Source of the DNA: Balanoglossus misakiensis
Taxonomy: Eukaryota; Animalia; Hemichordata
Assembly: GCA_040954595.2 (NCBI GenBank)
Contig: CM082595.2
Coordinates: forward strand, 1,862,635-1,926,634
DNA length: 64,000 bases
Direction of reading: 5' to 3'
How positions within the stretch are numbered: position 1 is the stretch's first letter; each line of letters opens with the position of its first letter. The position numbers were made by a program, and so were the translations under genes. Below are positions 24,191 through 37,274 of this stretch, piece after piece. The notes under the pieces are model-generated. The model was not told the DNA's origin. It saw only the letters and a list, made by a program, of their open reading frames with translations, and made no database searches.

Positions 24191-25245
24191 TCAATGGATT
24201 TGAATTAGTGATGATGTAGAGGTTCAATAGATCAGTTGAATGAATGCAAGAAATTGTGTGAATTGTAATTTTTGAATCAGATTGAAATTGTTAAAAAGTA
24301 GATGACAGAATTAATCTAAATGAATGGCTACTATTTGTATAATGAACAAAATAATAGTTGATATTAAAGGAATATTAGTTCAGTGGACTAATATGTGCAT
24401 ATTTTGTACTGTATAGCTAAGAAAAGGAAATATTTTATCTTTTAGTATTTAAAATAAGGATGCCTTAGATAATTGTATCTTACAAATCCATGTTGTTTGT
24501 TGTATATTCTCTGGGCTGTACATGAAAATGCAAATTTGTACCATTTGCTGGTGTATTGACAAACAAAAACATATATGAACATGGCTTAGTCAAATGCATG
24601 AAGAAAAACATTGGCTGCAAAACTGTGATATCAAGTGTTTCAGAAAGAGTGAGTGGCCCTACTCCATATACTATGACAATTGTCATACATATAAGCTACT
24701 TAAATGGGAAATGGTCACTCTAACATCTCATGAATATTGAAGAAAACAAATGAATGTTTCACCATGGTTTCACACATCATCATGTCAACATCTGTCCAGT
24801 TACTATAGTGACCATGTGTTAAACTCTATTTCAAATGTCTTGTTATGGTCTTCAACAGTACTACCTATACCCTGAATGATATCATTTAAAGTTTTTTTGT
24901 TACTGTGACATTTAGAGTTTAGTTCGGATTAGAAATAAATGGGAATGTCCTCAACTTGATATGACTATGCATTCTTTTTTTTTACAATGCAACCTTCCAA
25001 CAAATCTTTATCAGAATCATTACCCCAGTCCCAGGTGCTTTAATTTAATTTTATTTTAATTATAAATGCAATGACTGGCTGAGCGTCCTCAACCCATGCT
25101 TCAAACAAGCCCACACGTTCATTGTACCATGACAACGTAGATGCAGTTAATAATTGACGTTGAAACTTTATCAAATTAACCATCAGACAGAGTCCACCCG
25201 CACGAACAAATCGCTGCTTTCTTTCACTTTGTCCTATTTGGTAAA

Positions 25246-26812
25246 ATGGCGTCAAACAACCCAGATGTCCACCAACAAGAACCAGAAATCGGCAGTAATG
25301 CTGACCCTGTGATTCCATATATTCCTCGCGTTCCTCTCACCGTAAGTATATGCAAAAACGTTATCATAATTTGAAATGTTTTACTTTTGGCATTTCAGTT
25401 TAACGAGCAGCATCCAAAAGCCATCAAAATGTCGTATAAGCTGTAAATATTTGTCATCACTGGATGACGAAAATGCAAAAAATGACACCAAAAAGGTTGG
25501 CAAACATCACGCCCAATTTTGAGAACGTCATGTTGACTGAACATTCTTAATCGTTTACTAAAATTAATTTTCAGCAATTCGTGTTGAACATTGACATGTA
25601 ATCTGTTTTTATCTTCTGTACAGGTTATCGTGCTGGTGCATTTCACGTTAACAGTGTTGTAAGTAATCCCATTTCTATAGATCGATGTGAAACATACAGT
25701 TCCACCACGTGTGGACGGTCTGTGCTCCAATCATACACCCTGCATGACTCACACGTACACCTGGTATATTTACATGTAATACAGGTGGTTGTCACAATAT
25801 TTACGTTGTCCGCTCGCTCGGGACGTTTGTTGGACCACATTCCCCAAAATGGTGTACAAGTCCGAAATACAAGTTGTTTGAGATGAAATGATTCATTTCA
25901 AGTGATTCAGAAAAGTGAAGTCTACAAAGTGAAAATGAAAATAAAACAACTTCAAAAGATGGGGACTTTATCTGTAATATGGCAATAGCTCATTATATGA
26001 CGATTTTGGCGTTACTATTAAGCAATATTGTTATGGAAACCATAAACAAACACGCCCATAAAAAAATTATCACTACAATCATGGCGACAATGTATTCATA
26101 AGTCTATATTAAGCAAATAAATGTCTGGTTATTGAATAATTTACCACCGCGGTGTTATTAAATAAATAACCTATACATCATGATGTCATTCAAGTAAACA
26201 GTGGTGACTTTTTATCTTAACAGTGCTTGTCAAGCGATGGCAGGCACCATGTGGATATCGTATTCTTACGCATATACAAATTTCTTCGTGATAGCCATGG
26301 GATGTTGGGCCATCGGTCAGTTTCAACCACCATCGGCGTGTTTCATGGTAAGTTGTCATGGTTACTGCCGTCCCCAACTAAATTGTAGCCATGTTTATTA
26401 ATAAAATTTTAATACAGTGATTTGCCTCTTTTATTTACAGTTTTTGGTGTCGATGTTGATTAGTATTGTCATAGATCTTGAATTGATGATCGTGTACTAT
26501 CCAAGGGCCGAGGATATCGTTAAAGCTCTTTATCCATCAATGTATTCCGAGTTGACCTTCTGCCTCGTGATGGCGTGCTTCAACATCATTCTCAAAGTCC
26601 CCAGCTCGCTTTGTATCTATAACCATCTCAAGCTTCGTGGTGGCATTTTCATCATGGGATTTCTGGCCAACTCTGGTTTCGTCACTTCAGCCCCTCAAGC
26701 AAGGCAATACAACGACCCTGAGCTCGGCACAGGACAGACAACTGCTGACGTCACAATAGAAACACCATCTGGTAACCTTGACAATCCAGTGTATAACCAG
26801 GGAAACCGTTAA
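25246..26812 (+). CDS. AGTRAP-like paralog 2
   Basis: Exons 25246-25341 (MASNNPDV...IPRVPLT), 25624-25658, 26224-26347 (SYSYAYTNFFVIAMGCWAIGQ) and 26441-26812 (FLVSMLISIVIDLELMIVYYPR...HLKLRGG...). Intron positions and phases match copy 1. Confidence 0.88.
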
Positions 26813-27254
26813 CCATGGTGCAACGCCATCTGCCGACCAACTTTAAACTACGTTTGTTTCCATGTGACACTTTCGTGTAGTACTCTCAGTAGACGCCAAC
26901 ACGCGATTGATTGTTTAAAAATAATTATCAAAGCGCACCCAACGAGGTTTTTCAACGTAGGATATATGAATATTCTCTCGCAAGAACTTGTTACTTGTGT
27001 TCGTAGAACAAATCCTTTAAATTATATGCTTATGGCCTTTGTGTTCTTGTCCGGTTGTTTTATATTTTTGTGCATCATACCGCTTTTGTGTGTTTGTTAC
27101 AATGTATTCTAATAAAAAATCATTGTTTAAGAACTTAATCTTTCTACTAGAAACTGACGAGTGTTTGGTAATTCATGTAGTAAACAGAAAAAGTACTGCC
27201 GACGCCTCACTGATAGATAGTCAGCATGTATAGCATAGGAGCTGGGTGAAGTGG

Positions 27255-27480
27255 AGCTCGCACGCGCATGGTAAACTTCCTTAGTGACCGTGGCTATAGT
27301 ATATAGGACTAGTCTAGCTCTGTACAGGTCTGTGTGTTCCCGGCGTTACACGGCCTCCACCACACAGACCTGTAGCCAGGGCTAAGGACTAGTCCTGAAC
27401 GAGTGTGGGCTGGCTGTTTTAACACCACATACCTAGTCCTAAGCCATGGTCACTCAACGGAATGACCATGGCTTGAGCTA
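27255..27480. repeat. Cluster of short hairpin/palindromic elements
   Basis: Perfect 14-bp stem tacaggtctgtgtg (27323-27336) / cacacagacctgta (27361-27374). Perfect 12-bp stem aagccatggtca (27441-27452) / tgaccatggctt (27463-27474). GGACTAGTC(C) occurs at 27306 and 27386. Confidence 0.65.
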
Positions 27481-29262
27481 TGGTCAGTATGGATGGAGAG
27501 AGCATTGCGATAGCTTTCACTGCAAGAACAGGCGCGCCAAACGACACGGAAGAAATGTGAATCGTTTCACTTAGAATTTATACAGGCAAACACTTACCGA
27601 ATAGCCTTTGGGTGGTCGCTTGTTGTCGTTTGAAAGCAGAAACAGCCTGGTCTTCGTATATCAAACTCCAAGGTTTTCAAACCAGCCGCCTCCATTTTTA
27701 AATACCATGCGTCGTCTGGTCAGCACTTCCGGTTTGCTATCTCCCATGAATCCATGCGCGCGCAGGTTTATAACGTGGTAACTTAGGGGAAAGCCGGTAA
27801 ATTAAGTTTGTTTGTTAAAGGCGTTGCTTTGTTAGGCCTTCCTATGTTTACTTGTTCATACTGGATGTCCCCGTGTCCTATATATTGCATTTTAACCCCA
27901 AGAGAAATGGCATATTGATAGAGAAATATAATATTTCGAGTTCAAATCACTGTCCGTCTTCAATAATTGGGTGCAAATGGAAAACAGTGGTTGATCAATC
28001 GTTTTTCATGCCAACCTAATTTTGCTGCGATTAGGCTCCTAAATCTTACAATAGATTATTTCGTCCGATCACTCAAATTGAGTTGTCGTCATAGCAACAC
28101 GATTGGGGTTTCCAACAACGAAACTGTAGGCGATCACAAAGACTAGAATAAGGTTCAACGTTTTATTACATTACCAGCTGCCTGATACATTCATTCCGAA
28201 CTCAATTGGAGTTATTTTTTGAGACTCCGAGTCGTTTTTTGGCGCTGTGTCAAATAATTATAAGTACATTAAAACCACCCATATACGGTGCATACTTTGA
28301 ATAAAAATTTGAATAAATCTGAAACGTTGCCTAGAAACCAGTCGACTGTCGTTGGATGCAGAAATGACCCCAGCAGTAACCACAACAGAGATCAGATGAT
28401 GAGGCGTTTGCACTCAGAGCTCAGTTTACAACACTGGTATATGGCAGCATTGACAATAACTTCAATGCTTTTTACAGCATACGACAAATATTTTTATTCA
28501 AATTCCCGACTGAATCCAGATAAAAGGGCCTCCACCACTCTGAAATGGTACACTCACGTCAACACTTGTTTGGAATAAACTTTTCATGAATGCTATTGTT
28601 CGTTTGGGTGTAGCCCAGTTTAGAAAAGTGACCCTTGCGAACGCGAATGGCAGCTTTGCATAACCCCAGTGACCCTAACAAACAAACAGCAGTTTTATTA
28701 CGACAATAAAGGTGTCCTAAAAACTGTTTGTTGTGCAGGGCGTCGGTGGTTACAGGAACTTAAGTATTGGGTCACACACAATGAACTTGTCTGGTGAACG
28801 TTACTGTTAGGATTTCGTTACGGTTTGTAAACTGGGTCGAAATCTACCCGTAGACAAAGATCCTACGAATGCAAGGGGGGATAGAGAAAACGCCGTGGTG
28901 ATAATACATTTTCGAAAAGACGAATGCTTGTCTGCTGTAGCAACTTTTTACAAGCCTTACAAATGCTGTTGCGTCTATCAGCGATTATGACTGTCTCTGG
29001 AGACGCATGTCATTGTAGGTCTTCACCTCAGGTATCGATACGAAAACACGGTTCAAAGGTTTGGACTCTACTGTGGCAACTCTGAATCTTATTCAGGTCG
29101 CTTCTCGGTCAGTTAATTATAAGTCAGTTCACATCACTTCAGTCTGCCCTGCATACTTCAAGGTGTATATCTGTACCCCCCACTGGTTTAAGTCACATCT
29201 AGCTGGATCAGTAACGTTATTGAAGTTTTCTATTTGTGCAAACAAAGATTGAAAGAGCTGGT

Positions 29263-29271
29263 GCTCTCTCT

Positions 29272-29346
<75 letters not shown>
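29263..29346. repeat. (CT)n microsatellite
   Basis: Long, almost uninterrupted CT dinucleotide run. Confidence 0.97.
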
Positions 29347-29349
<3 letters not shown>

Positions 29350-29689
29350 CTTTCTGGAAGTAATAAATTGGAAACCATTCTATTTTCCTTCCAAAGTCTT
29401 CCATGGCGACTTTCAAATTATACTTCAAGTGTGTCACTGGTTGTTTAGTAACCGTCGTGGGCAATTCCCCAGCAGAGTTCATCGAGAATATACGATATAG
29501 TAATAAACGCGTGTACATGTACTTTTGTTTGGACGACAATTTCTGCCAAGAAGTGTCAAGTGTCAAATCATAAATAACCGACTGTAAGTAGCGAAGAAAA
29601 CTTTGTTTACCGTAACAACCTAGACCAGTCGACGCTAAGAGCTCAAACTGGTAGAAGACTTTCTGAAGTTCTCTTTGAATATCAGCAAA

Positions 29690-30880
29690 ATGGGGTGTCA
29701 AGTTCCTCTTTGGGTAAGTAACAACATTTTGGCAGGAAGGAAAAAGCAAACATGGTTTCTCTCAGTTTCACACAAACTATGTAAGCTTTCTTGTACATGA
29801 AGTAAAATATCATCATAGAGTAATATTCAGGATTGGTATAGGTCTCAATTAACGGGGTGTTCGCACAGTGAATATTAGATTTGTATTTCATTTTATTCAT
29901 TTTACGCACTATTTTTTTTCAGCCGTTTATTCTGGTGCATATCTGGCTGTCAGTGGCGTAAGTATACATTTGCCTCGTTCATCCATGATGACTGCTATAT
30001 TGCAGTCGATTATGTTAGTAAAACGATGGGGAAAATATATATTCACGAAAATTCTATTTGACAAACGTGTGATTAATTTTTGCTTGCAAAAATTCAAGAA
30101 AAGTGCTGTGGCTATAAATGAATCAATTGAAAGAAAGATAGATAGATAGATAGATAGAAAGAAGGAAGGAAACTAAGACAACTTTGTAACTGAACTTGAG
30201 AGGTTAATGTGACATGTGACATCTCATAAGTTAGATATTCTTTGTAATATAGTGAGACTGTCTGTAATCCCTGGTTACCATGGTTACAGGGCCTTTGAAG
30301 CGGCTTTGGGAGGTCACTGGGTCACCCATTCCTATGCCTGGATGAATTTCACCATCGTTGCACTTGGGTGCTGGACTGTGGGACAGAAAGAAATGAAGGA
30401 GAATTGCATCATGGTAAGTCCTTCTGTCCGAATCTATAGTTGGTTGATTTATTGTCACGTGGGCGTCTGGGCATCCAACCAGTGTGTTGCTTGCATGTTT
30501 TAATTTTAAGTTAGAAGTATTCTTAGAGTTTTCGTATCTGATAAAATCCTTGTATTGAATCAACTTAACATTGTCTGAAACTGATAATATATAATGAAAT
30601 ACACTATTAACTATATGTTTAAAACATTTTCATTTTCTTTCAGCTCATAATTTCTCTGATCCTTGGATTTATTTTTGACATTGTCTTCATCTCATTGTAT
30701 TATCGCGGCTTCAATTGCAATGGTCAAAATGGAAACTGGTGTGGCGAGTACGTGTGGAGTTACATCATGGCCATTATCAATTGCGTCTTCAAGATAGTAA
30801 CTATTATTGTTGCTATTTGTGAATACAAGAATCGTGGTGGAAATATTCCTGGCATCAAAGCATCCATTTCTGTGGGTTAA
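29690..30880 (+). CDS. AGTRAP-like paralog 3 (Cys-loop, short-tail type)
   Basis: Exons 29690-29713 (MGCQVPLW), 29923-29957 (PFILVHIWLSVA), 30290-30413 (AFEAALGGHWVTHSYAWMNF...KENCIM) and 30644-30880 (LIISLILGFIFDIVFISLYYRGFNCNGQNGNWCGEYVWS...EYKNRGGNIPGIKASISVG*). Confidence 0.9.
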
Positions 30881-31898
30881 ACCCAATATATTTAATTTAT
30901 GAGTCGATGTTTGTATTGTACTACACTTATTATCATTTCCGGCACATATATTTTGAAATAATGCAGAGAAATTGAAAACAAGAACTGTGATTTATTTTAC
31001 CACTATGGAGACCAGGTATTAGTGTCCCAAATGAGTTGACTACAATAGTTTTAAATGTACTGATGGAAAATTGACGATTTCGTTTTAACTTTGCTATCAC
31101 GTGACGTCGAACGAACACCAGAAGTAACCAAGATGAAACTGTAACAAAATGGAGATTGTAATAAAGACTTCAATAAAGCATGATCTTACAATAATACTGA
31201 TAGTATTAGTTTATTCTGAGTTTTAACACAACAGACTATCTCTGGAAACAAAATGCCTCCATTCATCTAACAAATCGGAGGCAATGGACGAGGCACATCC
31301 ATTGTGTAATTCTAGAATGCAGTCAATGCTGTGAGCTGAATAATCACTAAGGCTTATACACATTGGTCCGTTTGAACCTTTGCGTTTGACGTCAAGGCAA
31401 CTCTCGGTCAGTGACAAAGGGACATCTTAAATAAGACGTGTAACATAATATCAGATACTTTTCTGGAGAGACGAATGTCAGACTGACAATGTAACGAAGA
31501 TGACGTCCGAGACTCGTAATTCAACATTTGACTTCTGAAGGGGGGCGACACTTATGGTGTATACTTTCCATTCAGATCGCGTCCTTGAAAAGAGGTCATC
31601 GAATGATAAAATCAAACTTTTGAACGAGAGGGAAGATAATAGCGCCGCTTAATAAAAAGGGCCGAATATTCTGTGACGAAATAAAAAACACCGATCTCAT
31701 ACGGGTCTTCACACAACCATGGCAGCTATAGAAAGACGAGTTGGGCGTGCTCTGTTTAGAACTGGTCGCCATGCCTACCATAATGCACATATGACAGGAC
31801 TCGCTTGGAGACAGAACACACTTGTCGTTCAGTCTACCGTGCTTGCCACAGCTATACTGTACCGTGTTTGTTGAGGATTATCGAACAGAAGCATCAAG

Positions 31899-33392
31899 AT
31901 GGGCTGCAACGTACCACTCTGGGTAAGACAACTTCATATAATTCACCCGACTGTTGCAATAATGACCAAATCGGTACAAATAAATTACATAAAAGCCAGT
32001 TTCAATTTTTCCTGAACAAATACTGTTCTGGTGAGAGTTAATTGCATATATTTCGATCTCCATGTTCAAAACATATCAAATGTAGAACAAATGACCAATT
32101 CCACCGTTTCGTCTTTTTCCAGCCTTTCATTCTGGTCCACATCTGGCTGTCTGTGGCGTAAGTATAACATACTTAAATTATCAGCAAAACTCAGCGAGTT
32201 TCTTAGTATTACATCTTGAAGTCGAAATCTTCAAACAAGAGAATAGTACAATCGTCGCAGACTATGCTGTGTATGTCAACATCCAAACATCTAGAGTCAG
32301 TGAAAGTCCAAGCCATTTATTTGGCACTATTGAGGTGAACACCTCCACGAGATTATAAGTAAACATTGAAGAAGTAAAAATAATGGATACACTTCACCGA
32401 TTTTATTATCAAATGGGAGACAGTCTAGGTATAGTTACCCGTTACTTCGATCGTGTATTGTAACGTCTGAAGAGAAACGTAGGCTTGTTGCAGTGCACAT
32501 GATTGGTTAAATTCTTTGGATTGTCCTTTTCAGAGGTTTCCAGTCAGCGCAATATAGCAATAACGGCGGACACTGGGTGACACATTCATACGCATGGATG
32601 AACTTCTGCCTGGTTGCTCTGGGATGTTGGACTGTGGCACAGAAAAGCATCAAGGAGAATTGCATCATGGTATGTGTTTAAATGCCCCTTCTCATTTCGT
32701 CAAATTGAGACAGATACAGGAAGCTCCCAGACACATAGATTGGAAGCCCCCCCACCACCACCACCACCACCACCACTGCATAGGTGTGTACCCAGCTGTA
32801 CTCGCCATGTGCATCTGCATAGAAACACTGGCTCCTGTATTTGTGATATACAAACAGCTGTAGCATGTTTTAGACATACCCATATCAGCTTATTATCGGT
32901 GTGAATTCAAGCATAACTCTGTATGTTCAACTGCGTGGGGCCACCAAGATATTCCCCAAAGGTAAAAGGACGTAATATTGAAGCTATAGCTTGAGGATCA
33001 CATCATACTCTATTCCTAAGATGCGCCTCTGTTTACGCGAACTAGGACTGAGGTAACTCAACTCTGTAGCTGGGTTGTGCCCGTGGGAGGGGATATCTCC
33101 TGCATATTACTTGAATTAAAATAGCCATGTCATTTTCTTTCAGCTCATCATTTCCCTGATCCTCGGCTTCATCTTTGATATCGTCTTCATCGCACTTTAT
33201 AACAATGGATTTGGATGCGGTAACAATGGCAACGGGCGTGGAGCTGGAAACTGTGGCGAGTTCTTATGGAGCTACTTCATGGCCATCATCAACTGTATTT
33301 TCAAACTGGTTACTCTCGTCTTCGCCATTTGTGAATACAAGAACCGAGGAGGAAGCGTTCCAGGAGTCAAAGCCTCTGTATCTGTCGGATAA
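31899..33392 (+). CDS. AGTRAP-like paralog 4 (Cys-loop, short-tail type)
   Basis: Exons 31899-31922 (MGCNVPLW), 32123-32157, 32534-32669 (GFQSAQYSNNGGHWVTHSYAWMNF...) and 33144-33392 (...YNNGFGCGNNGNGRGAGNCGEFLWS...EYKNRGGSVPGVKASVSVG*). Confidence 0.9.
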
Positions 33393-34679
33393 AACGTCAG
33401 CGAAATCAGTAATTTGTATAAATTAGACATTACAACAAACTGACATTATCACGTAAACTATTTTTCTACAACTCAAAAAATCTTTCCAAGCCTTGTGTGT
33501 AATGGAGCGGAAAAACTGTAATTTTTGTTTGCCTTGTTTTGCGTTTTTGTTTCAAATCCACCGTGTGTACCGTGACAAAGTGTATGTTTTTTTCAATTTA
33601 ATAAAGAGTTCGGTTTCTAAATTGTTAAGTTATCAAAGTTAAATTAAACTTTAGTACATTCCACAGTTCGTCACAAAACCGTCCATGCCTGTTGTGTTTC
33701 GATAGATTAGCCTAAGAAATAGTGGTTGGATATCCTATTTTATTACCTATTAACGCCCAGACTTAGAGTGACTGTACCATATTGTAAATATTTTCCATTC
33801 GTCAACTCGATTTCTTTAATAAAAATAAATATTCGCGTTTTAAAACAGTGTATATGTGAGTGTGTTTTGTCCTCTTTTACCTTGAAGGTAAGGTACACTC
33901 CTATGATTCCCTGTTCATCCACTGAAGGATTTTCATGAACAAAATATGAAAGCACAGAGACGTTCATGAACTATGTGAAAGCTTTCGTGACTTACACCAC
34001 TAAGATAAATTAGCTTTCAGGCTTTCATAATTGCATACTGTACAGTGGTAGATATGGGCAACTTGGATGAACTTAGAAGTGTTTGTCGTAAATTGAAGCA
34101 CTCGGCCGCGACGGGTCAGCATCTGTGAAAGAACGTTGTTTGTTAACTCTCTTTTAATGAGCATGCTTCAGTGAATACAATTGGATAATAACTTCAGGTT
34201 GAATTGACCAGAATCGTTTGTAGTCGCGAGTACAATGGGTGGGGGTGCCGCTCCTTTGGTTGCATTTTGCTGTATTGAAGGGACCTGGTCTGTCTGATAT
34301 GAAGGACAATTCCTACACAATGAACACTCGATGCCGCATCTGATGGATGTAAACGGTGTGTCGATTGTATTCGCGAAGATTTTAGACCAACATAGATTCT
34401 TTTTTCTCCAAGAAGTCAACTGTTTAAGGATTATTCAACACTTTTGAGGTAAAGCCCTAAATGGAAGCCATATCTCACGGACCTTGACGTAACAAATTGA
34501 GCCATTGAATGTTGTCAGTTACCGTTTTAAATTTGGGTCGCTACGATACTGTACTACAGTACATTGTATGTTTTTGAGATTTCCAGACCAGAAATAAAGA
34601 ACTCCAAAAAGGCACACAAAGACACTTTTTTTCAAATTCTATCCGTCATCCAACAGGCGAGATCCCAATAACACGATGA

Positions 34680-34810
34680 GACAGTCAACACTTCTGGGTA
34701 AGGGAAGAAATAAAGCGTCTTGTCCAAGGGCACAAAGTCATGGTCATGTCTGGGGTCTCAAAACCACAATCCATTGGCAGTGAGGTCGTTACCTTTACGT
34801 TTGGGCCAAA
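34680..34810 (-). mobile_element. Possible degenerate tRNA-derived SINE fragment
   Basis: The minus strand reads tggcccaaacgtaaaggtaacgacctcactg...gtggttttgagacccc...ttgtgcccttggacaagacgcttta. This resembles a decayed tRNA-like head followed by the gtgtccttgggcaagacactt-type core seen in invertebrate SINE2 families. Confidence 0.35.
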
Positions 34811-35802
34811 ATCATAATTGTTATTATCTTAAAATGATAAAATCGATTTGAGGAAAGTCATATAATTAAATAAATTCTTTATTGCTCAGATGAAGGTTAT
34901 CAACATGGACAGCGATCAATTTTGGAATCATAGCCGTCGTTCAATTGATCGCCGTTGGGCGTGGACGTTGGCAAAACGGCGTCCATTCACCGTACAAAAT
35001 GTGGGCATAATAATTGAAAGCGACTCAATAGCGTGCATTGAAAAAACAATGCTCAGCCTTTTTATTGAGCGGTAAAACCTCAATTGAATTCAATGCCACA
35101 GCCTCAATCATTGCACGTTTGCTAAGTACCATTTACTGTTTTAATCCTAATGAGAAAATATCTCCTTGCCTTGTCTCAAATGATACGTAAAGATCCAGCA
35201 TATGGTATTTGTGCCAAGGTAGTCGTATTAATCGTCGATAGCCAAAACTAGCATGAAGAAATCAACCGTTCCCATACTGGATGGACGACGGCGGTCGAGA
35301 TGTTCGATTAGCGGCTTCTAGGCTGTTTAGAATCCAAGTTTTTATGTCTGATTTCCGATTTCAAAAAGGGGATTGTGTGTTTTGTACAGCTTATATCAAA
35401 ACTCAGCGAAGGCTTCACGAACTGACGTCAGAAAGTCGTTGAAGGAAACATAAAACTGAACAACAAGAGAGGAGATATATAATCGGTTTAAGTAGACCAT
35501 GTATAGTTTGTGCGATTTTTATGAAAGTGATTGGCCTCCTGAGGGCATTTTGACCGTGAGATACTACCTCTTCACCAACCTGCCAAACACCCCCACGACC
35601 TGCGCTATTATAATATTGAAATGAGATAAATTTCTTCTGTACTGGGTGTGCCTTATTTTGATATGGTTGCTGTGACGACCAAGCCATATATAGAAGTTGT
35701 CACTTGACGACAGATCACACTCACTGTGTAGACCATCGTTCAGTACACATCTGTCGTTCACACAATTTGTGCGTTTGGAAGTTAGCTTACAGAAGTATCA
35801 AG

Positions 35803-36214
35803 ATGGCTGAATGTAAAGCACCACTTTGGGTAAGACAATTTCGTGAAAATCTCCCGATTATTTTGATTTTGGTCAAATTGACAACACAATTGCAGTGAAA
35901 AGTCTGTTAACATGTTTTTCAAACAAATGCTATCTTCAAAGTTATGCATATCGACATCTTGGCTTTCATAGCTATTACAGTGTAGACTTATATGAACAAG
36001 GACTTGAAACACGAAATCTGATGAAGATAATAAATGCAAAATATTTAGGACTGCAGCTAAATTTGATCGTTTCGTCTTTTCAGCCGTTCATCCTGGTCCA
36101 TATCTGGCTGACTGTAGCGTAAGTATGAAATTCTACTGTCCATGCAAAATCTGACAACAGAGGAGGGAGGGGGTAGACGGGGGAGGGAGGGAGGGAGAGA
36201 GAGAGACAGAGACA

Positions 36215-36246
<32 letters not shown>

Positions 36247-37274
36247 ATACTTGTATGTAAACGTTTGGTGGCAACCCACATCATAGTACAACATCACTTG
36301 TAGAACTAATGCTGTCTATGTCTATGAACATTTCTATTGTGACATGTTTGCGAGGCCATAGCTTGTAAGGATCTCACGTCTTATCATAAGATAAAAAAAA
36401 CGAGTGTACACTTGGTATTACATTGTATTTGAACTAAGACAATTTTACTCCTCTGAGTAAACTAAATTGATTTTTACTTTAATTTTCCAGTGGTTTCCAA
36501 TCAGCAAGATACGTCGGTCAATGGGTAACACATTCATATGCCTGGATGAATTTCACCATCATTGGACTAGGCTTTTGGGTTATAGGACACAAAGATATCA
36601 AGGAAAATTGCATCATGGTATGTATTCACTATCAATTTATTGTACATGTATACACATTCATCTAGAACACGTTAAAAATTGGTGTTTCTTTAGAGGGTGA
36701 CTATCGTCTTAGGCGCATGTGCCAAACCAGAGACTCTGGTTACAACGATTTGTATACAGTCAACGCTATAAGGCAGTGTGCTGGACAAGATGACGGCAAC
36801 CATAGTTTGGTAAAAAAAAGTCTTCTGATACGGTGCGCATGAAATATCGAAGGAAGCGAAGGCAGCCCACCGTTTGAATGCGTCGAACGCAAAACTTATA
36901 GAACATTAGGGTTGGACGTAGGCTAATATTTGTACACACGAAATTAAGCATTTGCAGGGAAGACGATCTTCGGCAGCCGCCTTTAACTTTACTGAATGCT
37001 TCTATTTTTTCTAATCTTTTTCCAGCTCATCATTTCGCTGATCCTCGGTTTCATCTTTGATATCGTCTTCATCGCACTTTATGAGCGTGGCTTAGGATGT
37101 GGTAACAATGGCAACGGGCGTGGATCTGGAAACTGTGGCGAGTTCTTGTGGAGCTACATCATGGCAATCATCAACTGTCTCTTCAAGATCGCGACTCTCA
37201 TCTTTGCTATTTGCGAATACAAGAATCGTGGCGGCAAAGTTCCAGCTGTCAAAGCGTCTGTTTCCGTCGGATAA
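35803..37274 (+). CDS. AGTRAP-like paralog 5 (Cys-loop, short-tail type)
   Basis: Exons 35803-35829 (MAECKAPLW), 36084-36118, 36491-36617 (GFQSARYVGQWVTHSYAWMNF...) and 37026-37274 (...YERGLGCGNNGNGRGSGNCGEFLWS...EYKNRGGKVPAVKASVSVG*). Confidence 0.9.

Noticed and set aside
29129-29749. 206-aa minus-strand ORF with an (ER)n run
   Set aside because: It spans the (CT)n microsatellite and overlaps AGTRAP-3 exon 1 in antisense. There is no recognisable domain, so it is likely a chance ORF.
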